Positions 1 through 14,050 of a DNA stretch of 64,000 bases are shown one piece after another; within the stretch, counting starts at the first letter, position 1; each line of letters starts with the position of its first letter. Source of the stretch: Eledone cirrhosa (lineage: Eukaryota); contig OZ024740.1 of assembly GCA_964016885.1 (NCBI GenBank), forward strand, positions 14,756,001-14,820,000. Reading direction: 5' to 3'. The notes beneath the pieces are model-generated. The model did not search any database. It was not told the DNA's origin and worked only from the letters and a program-made list of their open reading frames with translations. The position numbers and the translations under genes were made by a program.

Positions 1-999
1 ATCCTCGAACGAAAGAAATCAAAGCCAGAATATGGAAAGTACTCAAATGAAAGGAATCAAAGCCAGAATATGGAAAGTCCTCAAATGAAAGGAATCAAAG
101 CCAGAATATGGAAAGTCCTCAAATGAAAGGAATCAAAGCCAGAATATGGAAAGTCCTCAAATGAAAGGAATCAAAGCCAGAATATGGAAAGTCCTCGAAT
201 GAAAGGAATCAAAGCCAGAATATGGAAAGTCCTCGAATGAAAGGAATCAAAGCCAGAATATGGAAAGTCCTCGAATGAAAGGAATCAAAGCCAGAATATG
301 GAAAGTCCTCAAATGAAAGGAATCAAAGCCAGAATATGGAAAGTCCTCGAATGAAAGGAATCAAAGCCAGAATATGGAAAGTCCTCAAATGAAAGGAATC
401 AAAGCCAGAATATGGAAAGTCCTCAAATGAAAGGAATCAAAGCCAGAATATGGAAAGTCCTCGAATGAAAAGAATCAAAGCCAGAATATGGAAAGTCCTC
501 AAATGAAAGGAATCAAAGCCAGAATATGGAAAGTCCTCAAATGAAAGGAATCAAAGCCAGAATATGGAAAGTCCTCGAATGAAAGGAATCGAAGCCAGAA
601 TATGGAAAGTCCTCAAATGAAAGGAATCAAAGCCAGAATATGGAAAGTCCTCTAATAAAAGGAATCAAAGCCAGAATATGGAAAGTCCTCAATTGAAAGG
701 AATCAAAGCCAGAATATGGAAAGTCCTCAAATGAAAGGAATCAAAGCCAGAATATGGAAAGTCCTCGAATGAAAGGAATCAAAGCCAGAATATGGAAAGT
801 CCTCAAATGAGAGGAATCAAAGCCAGAATATGGAAAGTCCTCAAATGAAAGGTATCAAAGCCAGAATATGGAAAGTCCTCAAATGAAAGGAATCAAAGCC
901 AGAATATGGAAAGTCCTCGAATGAAAGGAATCAAAGCCAGAATATGGAAAATCCTCGAATGAAAGAAATCAAAGCCAGAATATGGAAAGTACTCAAATG

Positions 1000-3900
1000 A
1001 AAGGAATCAAAGCCAGAATATGGAAAGTCCTCAAATGAAAGGAATCAAAGCCAGAATATGGAAAGTCCTCAAATGAAAGGAATCAAAGCCAGAATATGGA
1101 AAGTCCTCAAATGAAAGGAATCAAAGCCAGAATATGGAAAGTCCTCGAATGAAAGGAATCAAAGCCAGAATATGGAAAGTCCTCAAATGAAAGGAATCAA
1201 AGCCAGAATATGGAAAGTCCTCAAATGAAAGGAATCAAAGCCAGAATATGGAAAGTCCTCGAATGAAAGGAATCAAAGCCAGAATATGGAAAGTCCTCGA
1301 ATGAGAGGAATCTAAGCCGGAATATGGAAAGTCCTCGAATGAGAGGAATCAAAGCCAGAATATGGAAAGTCCTCGAATGAAAGGAATCAAACCCAGAATA
1401 TGGAAAGTCCTCAAATGAAAGGAATCAAAGCCAGAATATGGAAAGTCCTGAAATGAAAGGAATCAAAGCCAGAATATGTAAAGTCCTCGAATGAAAGGAA
1501 TCAAAGCCAGAATATGGAAAGTCCTCGAATGAAAGAAATCAAAGCCAGGATATGGAAAGTCCTCAAATTAAAGGAATCAAAGCCAGAATATGGAAAGTCC
1601 TCAAATGAAAGGAATCAAAGCCAGAATATGGAAAGTCCTCGAATAAAAGGAATCAAAGCCAGAATATGGAAAGTCCTCAATTGAAAGGAATCAAAGCCAG
1701 AATATGGAAAGTCCTCAAATGAAAGGAATCAAAGCCAGAATATGCAAAGTCCTCAAATGAAAGGAATCAAAGCCAGAATATGGAAAGTCCTCGAATGAAA
1801 GGAATCAAAGCCAGAATATGGAAAGTCCTCAAATGAAAGGAATCAAAGCCAGAATATGGAAAGTCCTCGAATGAAAGGAATCAAAGCCAGAATATGGAAA
1901 GTCCTCGAATGAAAGGAATCAAAGCCAGAATATGGAAAGTCCTCAAATGAAAGGAATCAAAGCCAGAATATGGAAAGTCCTCAAATGAAAGGAATCAAAG
2001 CCAGAATATGGAAAGTCCTCGAATAAAAGGAATCAAAGTCAGAATATGGAAAGTCCTCAATTGAAAGGAATCAAAGCCAGAATATGGAAAGTCCTCAAAT
2101 GAAAGGAATCAAAGCCAGAATATGGAAAGTCCTCAAATGAAAGGAATCAAAGCCAGAATATGGAAAGTCCTCGAATGAAAGGAACCAAAGCCAGAATATG
2201 GAAAGTCCTCGAATGAAAGGAATCCAAGCCAGAATATGGAAAGTCCTCGAATGAAAGGAATCAAAGCCAGAATATGGAAAGTCCTCGATTGAAAGGAATC
2301 AAAGCCAGAATATGGAAAGTCCTCAAATGAAAGGAATCAAAGCCAGAATATGGAAAGTCCTCGAATGAGAGGAATCAAAGCCAGAATATGGAAAGTCCTC
2401 GAATGAGGGGAATCAAAGCCAGAATATGGAAAGTCCTCGAATGAAAGGAATCAAAGCCAGAATATGGAAAGTCCTCGAATGAAAGAAATCAAAGCCAGAA
2501 TATGGAAAGTCCTTGAATGAATGGATTCAAAGCCTGAATATGGAAGGTCCTCAAATGAAAGGAATCAAAGCCAGAATATGGAAAGTCCTCGAATGAAAGG
2601 AATCAAACCCAGAATATGGAAAGTCCTCAAATGAAAGGAATCAAAGCCAGAATATGGAAAGTCCTCGAATGAAAGGAATCAAAGCCAGAATATGGAAAGT
2701 CCTCAAATGAAAGGAATCAAAGCCAGAATATGGAAAGTCCTCGAATGAAAGGAATCAAAACCAGAATATGGAAAGTCCTCGAATGAAAGGAATCAAAGCC
2801 AGAATATGGAAAGTCCTCGAATGAAAGAAATCAAAGCCAGAATATGGAAAGTCCTCAAATGAAAGGAATCAAAGCCAGAATATGGAAAGTCCTCAAATGA
2901 AAGGAATCAAAGCCAGAATATGGAAAGTCCTCAAATGAAAGGAATCAAAGCCAGAATATGGAAAGTCCTCGAATGAAAGGAATCAAAGCCAGAATATGGA
3001 AAGTCCTCAAATGAAAGGAATCAAAGCCAGAATATGGAAAGTCCTCAAATGAAAGGAATCAAAGCCAGAATATGGAAAGTCCTCGAATGAAAGGAATCAA
3101 AGCCAGAATATGGAAAGTCCTCGAATGAGAGGAATCTAAGCCGGAATATGGAAAGTCCTCGAATGAGAGGAATCAAAGCCAGAATATGGAAAGTCCTCGA
3201 ATGAAAGGAATCAAACCCAGAATATGGAAAGTCCTCAAATGAAAGGAATCAAAGCCAGAATATGGAAAGTCCTGAAATGAAAGGAATCAAAGCCAGAATA
3301 TGTAAAGTCCTCGAATGAAAGGAATCAAAGCCAGAATATGGAAAGTCCTCGAATGAAAGAAATCAAAGCCAGGATATGGAAAGTCCTCAAATTAAAGGAA
3401 TCAAAGCCAGAATATGGAAAGTCCTCAAATGAAAGGAATCAAAGCCAGAATATGGAAAGTCCTCGAATAAAAGGAATCAAAGCCAGAATATGGAAAGTCC
3501 TCAATTGAAAGGAATCAAAGCCAGAATATGGAAAGTCCTCAAATGAAAGGAATCAAAGCCAGAATATGCAAAGTCCTCAAATGAAAGGAATCAAAGCCAG
3601 AATATGGAAAGTCCTCGAATGAAAGGAATCAAAGCCAGAATATGGAAAGTCCTCAAATGAAAGGAATCAAAGCCAGAATATGGAAAGTCCTCGAATGAAA
3701 GGAATCAAAGCCAGAATATGGAAAGTCCTCGAATGAAAGGAATCAAAGCCAGAATATGGAAAGTCCTCAAATGAAAGGAATCAAAGCCAGAATATGGAAA
3801 GTCCTCAAATGAAAGGAATCAAAGCCAGAATATGGAAAGTCCTCGAATAAAAGGAATCAAAGTCAGAATATGGAAAGTCCTCAATTGAAAGGAATCAAAG

Positions 3901-4640
3901 CCAGAATATGGAAAGTCCTCAAATGAAAGGAATCAAAGCCAGAATATGGAAAGTCCTCAAATGAAAGGAATCAAAGCCAGAATATGGAAAGTCCTCGAAT
4001 GAAAGGAACCAAAGCCAGAATATGGAAAGTCCTCGAATGAAAGGAATCCAAGCCAGAATATGGAAAGTCCTCGAATGAAAGGAATCAAAGCCAGAATATG
4101 GAAAGTCCTCGATTGAAAGGAATCAAAGCCAGAATATGGAAAGTCCTCAAATGAAAGGAATCAAAGCCAGAATATGGAAAGTCCTCGAATGAGAGGAATC
4201 AAAGCCAGAATATGGAAAGTCCTCGAATGAGGGGAATCAAAGCCAGAATATGGAAAGTCCTCGAATGAAAGGAATCAAAGCCAGAATATGGAAAGTCCTC
4301 GAATGAAAGAAATCAAAGCCAGAATATGGAAAGTCCTTGAATGAATGGATTCAAAGCCTGAATATGGAAGGTCCTCAAATGAAAGGAATCAAAGCCAGAA
4401 TATGGAAAGTCCTCGAATGAAAGGAATCAAACCCAGAATATGGAAAGTCCTCAAATGAAAGGAATCAAAGCCAGAATATGGAAAGTCCTCGAATGAAAGG
4501 AATCAAAGCCAGAATATGGAAAGTCCTCAAATGAAAGGAATCAAAGCCAGAATATGGAAAGTCCTCGAATGAAAGGAATCTAAACCAGAATATGGAAAGT
4601 CCTCGAATGAAAGGAATCAAAGCCAGAATATGGAAAGTCC
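1000..4640 (+). repeat. Tandem duplication, 48-monomer (1824 bp) unit, 2 copies
   Basis: TCTAAGCCGG occurs at 1311 and 3135, and CCTTGAATGAATGGATTC at 2511 and 4335. Both offsets are 1824 = 48x38. Intervening rare variants (CCTGAAAT, TGTAAAG, CCAGGA, TGCAAAG, AAAGTCAG) are in the same order. Confidence 0.93.
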
Positions 4641-6339
4641 TCGAATAAAAGGAATCAAAGCCAGAATATGGAAAGTCCTCAAATGAAAGGAATCAAAGCC
4701 AGAATATGGAAAGTCCTCGAATAAAAGGAATCAAAGCCAGAATATGGAAAGTCCTCAATTGAAAGGAATCAAAGCCAGAATATGGAAAGTCCTCAAATGA
4801 AAGGAATCAAAGCCAGAATATGGAAAGTCCTCAAATGAAAGGAATCAAAGCCAGAATATGGAAAGTCCTCGAATGAAAGGAACCAAAGCCAGAATATGGA
4901 AAGTCCTCGAATGAAAGGAATCAAAGCCAGAATATGGAAAGTCCTCGAATGAAAGGAATCAAAGCCAGAATATGGAAATTCCTCAAATGAAAGGAATCAA
5001 AGCCAGAATATGGAAAGTCCTCAAATGAAAGGAATCAAAGCCAGAATATGGAAAGTCCTCAAATGAAAGGAATCAAAGCCAGAATATGGAAAGTCCTCAA
5101 ACGAAAGGAATCAAAGCCAGAATATGGAAAGTCCTCAAATGAAAGGAATCAAAGCCAGAATATGGAAAGTCCTAGAATGAAAGGAATCAAAGCCAGAATA
5201 TGGAAAGTCCTCGAATGAAAGGAATCAAAGCCAGAATATGGAAAGTCCTGGAATGAAAGGAATCAAAGCCAGAATATGGAAAGTCCTCGAATGAAAGGAA
5301 TAAAAGCCAGAATATGGAAAGTCCTCGAATGAAAGGAATCAAAGCCAGAATATGGAAAGTCCTCAAATGAAAGGAATCAAAGCCAGAATATGGAAAGTCC
5401 TGGAATGAAAGGAATCAAAGCCAGAATATGGAAAGTCCTCAAATGAAAGGAATCAAAGCCAGAATATGGAAAGTCCTCAAATGAAAGGAATCAAAGCCAG
5501 AATATAGAAAGTCCTCAAATGAAAGGAATCAAAGCCAGAATATGGAAAGTCCTCGAATGAAAGGAACCAAAGCCAGAATATGGAAAGTCCTCAAATGAAA
5601 GGAATCAAAGCCAGAATATGGAAAGTCCTCAAATGAAAGGAATCAAAGCCAGAATATGGAAAGTTCTCAAATGAAAGGAATCAAAGCCAGAATATGGAAA
5701 GTCCTCAAATGAAAGGAATCAAAGCCAGAATATGGAAAGTCCTCGAATAAAAGGAATCAAAGCCAGAATATGGAAAGTCCTCAATTGAAAGGAATCAAAG
5801 CCAGAATATGGAAAGTCCTCAAATCAAAGGAATCAAAGCCAGAATATGGAAAGTCCTCAGATGAAAGGAATCAAAGCCAGAATATGGAAAGTCCTCGAAT
5901 GAAAGAAACCAAAGCCAGAATATGGAAAGTCCTCGAATGAAAGGAATCAAAGCCAGAATATGGAAAGTCCTCGAATGAAAGGAATCAAAGCCAGAATATG
6001 GAAAGTCCTCAAATGAAAGGAATCAAAGCCAGAATATGGAAAGTCCTCAACTGAAAGGAATCAAAGCCAGAATATTGAAAGTCCTCAAATGAAAGGAATC
6101 AAAGCCAGAATATGGAAAGTCCTCAAATGAAAGGAATCAAAGCCAGAATATGGTAAGTCCTCAAATGAAAGGAATCAAAGCCAGAATATGGAAAGTCCTG
6201 GAATGAAAGGAATCAAAGCCAGAATATGGAAAGTCCTCAAATGAAAGGAATCAAAGCCAGAATATGGAAAGTCCTGGAATGAAAGGAATCAAAGCCAGAA
6301 TATGGAAAGTCCTCAAATGAGAGGAATCAAAGCCAGAAT

Positions 6340-9300
6340 ATGGAAAGTCCTCAAATGAAAGGAATCAAAGCCAGAATATGGAAACTCCTCGAATGAAAGG
6401 AAACAAAGCCAGAATATGGAAAGTCCTCGAATGAAAGGAATCAAAGCCAGAATATGGAAAGTCCTCGAATGAGAGGAATCAAAGCCAGAATATGGAAAGT
6501 CCTCGAATGAGGGGAATCAAAGCCAGAATATGGAAAGTCCTCGAATGAAAGGAATCAAAGCCAGAATATGGAAGTTCCTCAAATGAAAGGAATCAAAGCC
6601 AGAATATGGAAAGTCCTCAAATGAAAGGAATCAAAGCCAGAATATGGAAAGTCCTCGAATGAAAGGAATCAAAGCCAGAATATGGAAAGTCCTCAAATGA
6701 AAGGAATCAAAGCCAGAATATGGAAAGTCCTCGAATGAAAGGAATCAAAGCCAGAATATGGAAAGTCCTCGAATGAAAAGAATCAAAGCCAGAATATGGA
6801 AAGTCCTCAAATGAAAGGAATCAAAGCCAGAATATGGAAAGTCCTCAAATGAGAGGAATCAGAGCCAGAATATGGAAAGTCCTCGAATAAAAGGAATCAA
6901 AGCCAGAATATGGAAAGTCCTCAATTGAAAGGAATCAAAGCCAGAATATGGAAAGTCCTCAAATGAAAGGAATCAAAGCCAGAATATGGAAAGTCCTCAA
7001 ATGAAAGGAATCAAAGCCAGAATATGGAAAGTCCTCGAATGAAAGGAACCAAAGCCAGAATATGGAAAGTCCTCGAATGAAAGGAATCCAAGCCAGAATA
7101 TGGAAAGTCCTCGAATGAAAGGAATCAAAGCCGAATATGGAAAGTCCTCGAATGAAAGGAATCAAAGCCAGAATATGGAAAGTCCTCAAATGAAAGGAAT
7201 CAAAGCCAGAATATGGAAAGTCCTCGAAGGAAAGGAATCAAAGCCAGAATATGGAAAGTCCTGGAATGAAAGGAATCAAAGCCAGAATATGGAAAGTCCT
7301 CAAATGAAAGGAATCAACGCCAGAATATGGAAAGTCCTCAAATGAAAGGAATCAAAGCCAGAATATGGAAAGTCCTCAAATGAAAGGAATCAAAGCCAGA
7401 ATATGGAAAGTCCTCAAATGAAAGGAATCAAAGCCAGAATATGGAAAGTCCTCGAATGAAAGGAATCAAAGCCAGAATATGGAAAGTCCTCGAATGAGAG
7501 GAATCAAAGCCAGAATATGGAAAGTCCTCGAATGAGGGGAATCAAAGCCAGAATATGGAAAGTCCTCGAATGAAAGGAATCAAAGCCAGAATATGGAAAG
7601 TCCTCGATTGAAAGGAATCAAAGCCAGAATATGGAAAGTCCTCGAATGAAAGGAATCAAAGCCAGAATATGGAAAGTCCTCGAATGAAAGGAATCAAAGC
7701 GAGAATATGGAAAGCCCTCGAATGAAAGGAATCAAAGCCAGAATATGGAAAGCCCTCGAATGAAAGTAATCAAAGCCAGAATATGGAAAGTCCTCAAATG
7801 AAAGGAATCAAAGCCATAATATGGAAAGTCCTCAAATGAAAGGAATCAAAGCCAGAATATGGAAAGTCCTCAAATGAAAGGAATCAAAGCCAGAAAATGG
7901 AAAGTCCTCGAATAAAAGGAATCAAAGCCAGAATATGGAAAGTCCTCAATTCAAAGGAATCAAAGCCAGAATATGGAAAGTCCTCAAATGAAAGGAATCA
8001 AAGCCAGAATATGGAAAGTCCTCGAATGAGAGGAATCAAAGCCAGAATATGGAAAGTCCTCGAATGAGGGGAATCAAAGCCAGAATATGGAAAGTCCTCG
8101 AATGAAAGGAATCAAAGCAAGAATATGGAAGGTCCTCAAATGAAAGGAATCAAAGCCAGAATATGGAAAGTCCTCGAATGAAAGGAATCAAACCCAGAAT
8201 ATGGAAAGTCCTCAAATGAAAGGAATCAAAGCCAGAATATGGAAAGTCCTCGAATGAAAGGAATCAAAGCCAGAATATGGAAAGTCCTCAAATGAAAGGA
8301 ATCAAAGCCAGAATATGGAAAGTCCTCGAATGAAAGGAATCAAAGCCAGAATATGGAAAGTCCTCAAATGAAAGGAATCAAAGCCAGAATATGGAAAGTC
8401 CTCAAATGAAAGGAATCAAAGCCAGAATATGGAAAGTCCTCAAATGAAAGGAATCAAAGCCAGAATATGGAAAGTCCTGGAATGAAAGGAATCAAAGCCA
8501 GAATATGGAAAGTCCACGAATGAAAGGAATCAAAGCCAGAATATGGAAAGTCCTGGAATGAAAGGAATCAAAGCCAGAATATGGAAAGTCCTCGAATGAA
8601 AGGAATCAAAGCCAGAATATGGAAAGTCCTCGAATGAAAGGAATCAAAGCCAGAATATGGAAAGTCCTCAAATGAAAGGAATCAAAGCCAGAATATGGAA
8701 AGTCCTGGAATGAAAGGAATCAAAGCCAGAATATGGAAAGTCCTCAAATGAAAGGAATCAAAGCCAGAATATGGAAAGTCCTCAAATGAAAGGAATCAAA
8801 GCCAGAATATGGAAAGTCCTCAAATGAAAGGAATCAAAGCCAGAATATGGAAAGTCCTCGAATGAAAGGAACCCAAGCCAGAATATGGAAAGTCCTCAAA
8901 TGAAAGGAATCAAAGCCAGAATATGGAAAGTCCTCAAATGAAAGGAATCAAAGCCAGAATATGGAAAGTCCTCAAATGAAAGGAATCAAAGCCAGAATAT
9001 GGAAAGTCCTCGAATAAAAGGAATCAAAGCCAGAATATGGAAAGTCCTCAATTGAAAGGAATCAAAGCCAAAATATGCAAAGTCCTCAAATCAAAGGAAT
9101 CAAAGCCAGAATATGGAAAGTCCTCAAATGAAAGGAATCAAAGCCAGAATATGGAAACTCCTCGAATGAAAGGAAACAAAGCCAGAATATGGAAAGTCCT
9201 CGAATGAAAGGAATCAAAGCCAGAATATGGAAAGTCCTCGAATGAGAGGAATCAAAGCCAGAATATGGAAAGTCCTCGAATGAGGGGAATCAAAGCCAGA

Positions 9301-11660
9301 ATATGGAAAGTCCTGGAATGAAAGGAATCAAAGCCAGAATATGGAAGTTCCTCAAATGAAAGGAATCAAAGCCAGAATATGGAAAGTCCTCGAATGAAAG
9401 GAATCAAACCCAGAATATGGAAAGTCCTCAAATGAAAGGAATCAAAGCCAGAATATGGAAAGTCCTCGAATGAAAGGAATCAAAGCCAGAATATGGAAAG
9501 TCCTCAAATGAAAGGAATCAAAGCCAGAATATGGAAAGTCCTCGAATGAAAGGAATCAAAGCCAGAATATGGAAAGTCCTCGAATGAAAAGAATCAAAGC
9601 CAGAATATGGAAAGTCCTCAAATGAAAGGAATCAAAGCCAGAATATGGAAAGTCCTCAAATGAGAGGAATCAGAGCCAGAATATGGAAAGTCCTCGAATA
9701 AAAGGAATCAAAGCCAGAATATGGAAAGTCCTCAATTGAAAGGAATCAAAGCCAGAATATGGAAAGTCCTCAAATGAAAGGAATCAAAGCCAGAATATGG
9801 AAAGTCCTCAAATGAAAGGAATCAAAGCCAGAATATGGAAAGTCCTCGAATGAAAGGAACCAAAGCCAGAATATGGAAAGTCCTCGAATGAAAGGAATCC
9901 AAGCCAGAATATGGAAAGTCCTCGAATGAAAGGAATCAAAGCCGAATATGGAAAGTCCTCGAATGAAAGGAATCAAAGCCAGAATATGGAAAGTCCTCAA
10001 ATGAAAGGAATCAAAGCCAGAATATGGAAAGTCCTCGAAGGAAAGGAATCAAAGCCAGAATATGGAAAGTCCTGGAATGAAAGGAATCAAAGCCAGAATA
10101 TGGAAAGTCCTCAAATGAAAGGAATCAACGCCAGAATATGGAAAGTCCTCAAATGAAAGGAATCAAAGCCAGAATATGGAAAGTCCTCAAATGAAAGGAA
10201 TCAAAGCCAGAATATGGAAAGTCCTCAAATGAAAGGAATCAAAGCCAGAATATGGAAAGTCCTCGAATGAAAGGAATCAAAGCCAGAATATGGAAAGTCC
10301 TCGAATGAGAGGAATCAAAGCCAGAATATGGAAAGTCCTCGAATGAGGGGAATCAAAGCCAGAATATGGAAAGTCCTCGAATGAAAGGAATCAAAGCCAG
10401 AATATGGAAAGTCCTCGATTGAAAGGAATCAAAGCCAGAATATGGAAAGTCCTCGAATGAAAGGAATCAAAGCCAGAATATGGAAAGTCCTCGAATGAAA
10501 GGAATCAAAGCGAGAATATGGAAAGCCCTCGAATGAAAGGAATCAAAGCCAGAATATGGAAAGCCCTCGAATGAAAGTAATCAAAGCCAGAATATGGAAA
10601 GTCCTCAAATGAAAGGAATCAAAGCCATAATATGGAAAGTCCTCAAATGAAAGGAATCAAAGCCAGAATATGGAAAGTCCTCAAATGAAAGGAATCAAAG
10701 CCAGAAAATGGAAAGTCCTCGAATAAAAGGAATCAAAGCCAGAATATGGAAAGTCCTCAATTCAAAGGAATCAAAGCCAGAATATGGAAAGTCCTCAAAT
10801 GAAAGGAATCAAAGCCAGAATATGGAAAGTCCTCGAATGAGAGGAATCAAAGCCAGAATATGGAAAGTCCTCGAATGAGGGGAATCAAAGCCAGAATATG
10901 GAAAGTCCTCGAATGAAAGGAATCAAAGCAAGAATATGGAAGGTCTTCAAATGAAAGGAATCAAAGCCAGAATATGGAAAGTCCTCGAATGAAAGGAATC
11001 AAACCCAGAATATGGAAAGTCCTCAAATGAAAGGAATCAAAGCCAGAATATGGAAAGTCCTCGAATGAAAGGAATCAAAGCCAGAATATGGAAAGTCCTC
11101 AAATGAAAGGAATCAAAGCCAGAATATGGAAAGTCCTCGAATGAAAGGAATCAAAGCCAGAATATGGAAAGTCCTCAAATGAAAGGAATCAAAGCCAGAA
11201 TATGGAAAGTCCTCAAATGAAAGGAATCAAAGCCAGAATATGGAAAGTCCTCAAATGAAAGGAATCAAAGCCAGAATATGGAAAGTCCTCAAATGAAAGG
11301 AATCAAAGCCAGAATATGGAAAGTCCACGAATGAAAGGAATCAAAGCCAGAATATGGAAAGTCCTGGAATGAAAGGAATCAAAGCCAGAATATGGAAAGT
11401 CCTCGAATGAAAGGAATCAAAGCCAGAATATGGAAAGTCCTCGAATGAAAGGAATCAAAGCCAGAATATGGAAAGTCCTCAAATGAAAGGAATCAAAGCC
11501 AGAATATGGAAAGTCCTGGAATGAAAGGAATCAAAGCCAGAATATGGAAAGTCCTCAAATGAAAGGAATCAAAGCCAGAATATGGAAAGTCCTCAAATGA
11601 AAGGAATCAAAGCCAGAATATGGAAAGTCCTCAAATGAAAGGAATCAAAGCCAGAATATG
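6340..11660 (+). repeat. Tandem duplication, 74-monomer offset (2811 bp = 74x38-1), second copy incomplete
   Basis: Identical spurious ORFs at 6959/9770 and 7100/9911. Shared 1-bp deletion GCC^GAAT at 7132/9943. Shared AACGCC, GCGAGA, GCCATAAT and AGAAAATGG variants. Upstream of ~6600 the offset is 2773 (73 monomers). Confidence 0.93.
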
Positions 11661-14050
11661 GAAAGTCCTCAAATGAAAGGAATCAAAGCCAGAATATGGA
11701 AAGTCCTCAAATGAAAGGAATCAAAGCCAGAATATGGAAAGTCCTCAAATGAGAGGAATCAAAGCCAGAATATGGAAAGTCCTCAAATGAGAGGAATCAA
11801 AGCCAGAATATGGAAAGTCCTCGAATGAAAGGAATCAAAGCCAGAATATGGAAAGTCCTCAAATGAGAGGAATCAAAGCCAGAATATGGAAAGTCCTCCA
11901 ATGAGAGGAATCAAAGCCAGAATATGGAAAGTCCTCAAATGAAAGGAATCAAAGCCAGAATATGGAAAGTCCTCGAATGAAAGGAATCAAAGCCAGAATA
12001 TGGAAACTCCTCGAATGAAAGGAATCAAAGCCAGAATATGGAAAGTCCTCGAATGAAAGGAATCAAAGCCAGAATATGGAAAGTCCTCGAATGAGAGGAA
12101 TCAAAGCCAGAATATGGAAAGTCCTCGAATGAGGGGAATCAAAGCCAGAATATGGAAAGTCCTCAAATGAAAGGAATCAAAGCCAGAATATGGAAAGTCC
12201 TCGAATGAGGGGAATCAAAGCCAGAATATGGAAAGTCCTCGAATGAAAGGAATCAAAGCCAGAATATGGAAAGTCCACGAATGAAAGGAATCAAAGCCAG
12301 AATATGGAAAGTCCTCGAATGAAAGGAATCAAAGCCAGAATATGGAAAGTCCTCGAATGAAAGGAATCAAAGCCAGAATATGGAAAGTCCTCAAATGAAA
12401 GGAATTAAAGCCAGAATATGGAAAGTCCTCGAATGAAAGGAATCAAAGCCAGAATATGGAAAGTCCTCGAATGAAAGGAATCAAAGCCAGAATATGGAAA
12501 GTCCTCGAATGAAAGGAATCAAAGCCAGAATATGGAAAGTCCTCAAATCAAAGGAATCAAAGCCAGAATATGGAAAGTCCTCAAATGAAAGGAATCAAAG
12601 CCAGAATATGGAAAGTCCTCAAATGAAAGGAATCAAAGCCAGAATATGGAAAGTCCTCAAATGAAAGGAATCAAAGCCAGAATATGGAAAGTCCTCGAAT
12701 GAAAGGAATCAAAGCCAGAATATGGAAAGTCCTCGAATGAGAGGAATCAAAGCCAGAATATGGAAAGTCCTCGAATGAGAGGAATCAAAGCCAGAATATG
12801 GAAAGTCCTCGAATGAGAGGAATCAAAGCCAGAATATGGAAAGTCCTCAAATGAAAGGAATCAAAGCCAGAATATGGAAAGTCCTCAAATGAAAGGAATC
12901 AAAGCCAGAATATGGAAAGTCCTCAAATGAAAGGAATCAAAGCCAGAATATGGAAAGTCCTCAAATGAGAGGAATCAAAGCCAGAATATGGAAAGTCCTC
13001 AAATGAGAGGAATCAAAGCCAGAATATGGAAAGTCCTCGAATGAAAGGAATCAAAGCCAGAATATGGAAAGTCCTCAAATGAGAGGAATCAAAGCCAGAA
13101 TATGGAAAGTCCTCCAATGAGAGGAATCAAAGCCAGAATATGGAAAGTCCTCAAATGAAAGGAATCAAAGCCAGAATATGGAAAGTCCTCGAATGAAAGG
13201 AATCAAAGCCAGAATATGGAAACTCCTCGAATGAAAGGAATCAAAGCCAGAATATGGAAAGTCCTCGAATGAAAGGAATCAAAGCCAGAATATGGAAAGT
13301 CCTCGAATGAGAGGAATCAAAGCCAGAATATGGAAAGTCCTCGAATGAGGGGAATCAAAGCCAGAATATGGAAAGTCCTCAAATGAAAGGAATCAAAGCC
13401 AGAATATGGAAAGTCCTCGAATGAGGGGAATCAAAGCCAGAATATGGAAAGTCCTCGAATGAAAGGAATCAAAGCCAGAATATGGAAAGTCCACGAATGA
13501 AAGGAATCAAAGCCAGAATATGGAAAGTCCTCGAATGAAAGGAATCAAAGCCAGAATATGGAAAGTCCTCGAATGAAAGGAATCAAAGCCAGAATATGGA
13601 AAGTCCTCAAATGAAAGGAATTAAAGCCAGAATATGGAAAGTCCTCGAATGAAAGGAATCAAAGCCAGAATATGGAAAGTCCTCGAATGAAAGGAATCAA
13701 AGCCAGAATATGGAAAGTCCTCGAATGAAAGGAATCAAAGCCAGAATATGGAAAGTCCTCAAATCAAAGGAATCAAAGCCAGAATATGGAAAGTCCTCAA
13801 ATGAAAGGAATCAAAGCCAGAATATGGAAAGTCCTCAAATGAAAGGAATCAAAGCCAGAATATGGAAAGTCCTCAAATGAAAGGAATCAAAGCCAGAATA
13901 TGGAAAGTCCTCGAATGAAAGGAATCAAAGCCAGAATATGGAAAGTCCTCGAATGAGAGGAATCAAAGCCAGAATATGGAAAGTCCTCGAATGAGAGGAA
14001 TCAAAGCCAGAATATGGAAAGTCCTCGAATGAGAGGAATCAAAGCCAGAA
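11620..14050 (+). repeat. Tandem duplication, 32-monomer (1216 bp) unit
   Basis: CCTCCA occurs at 11895/13111 and CCACG at 12275/13491. The offset is 1216 = 32x38. Confidence 0.9.
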
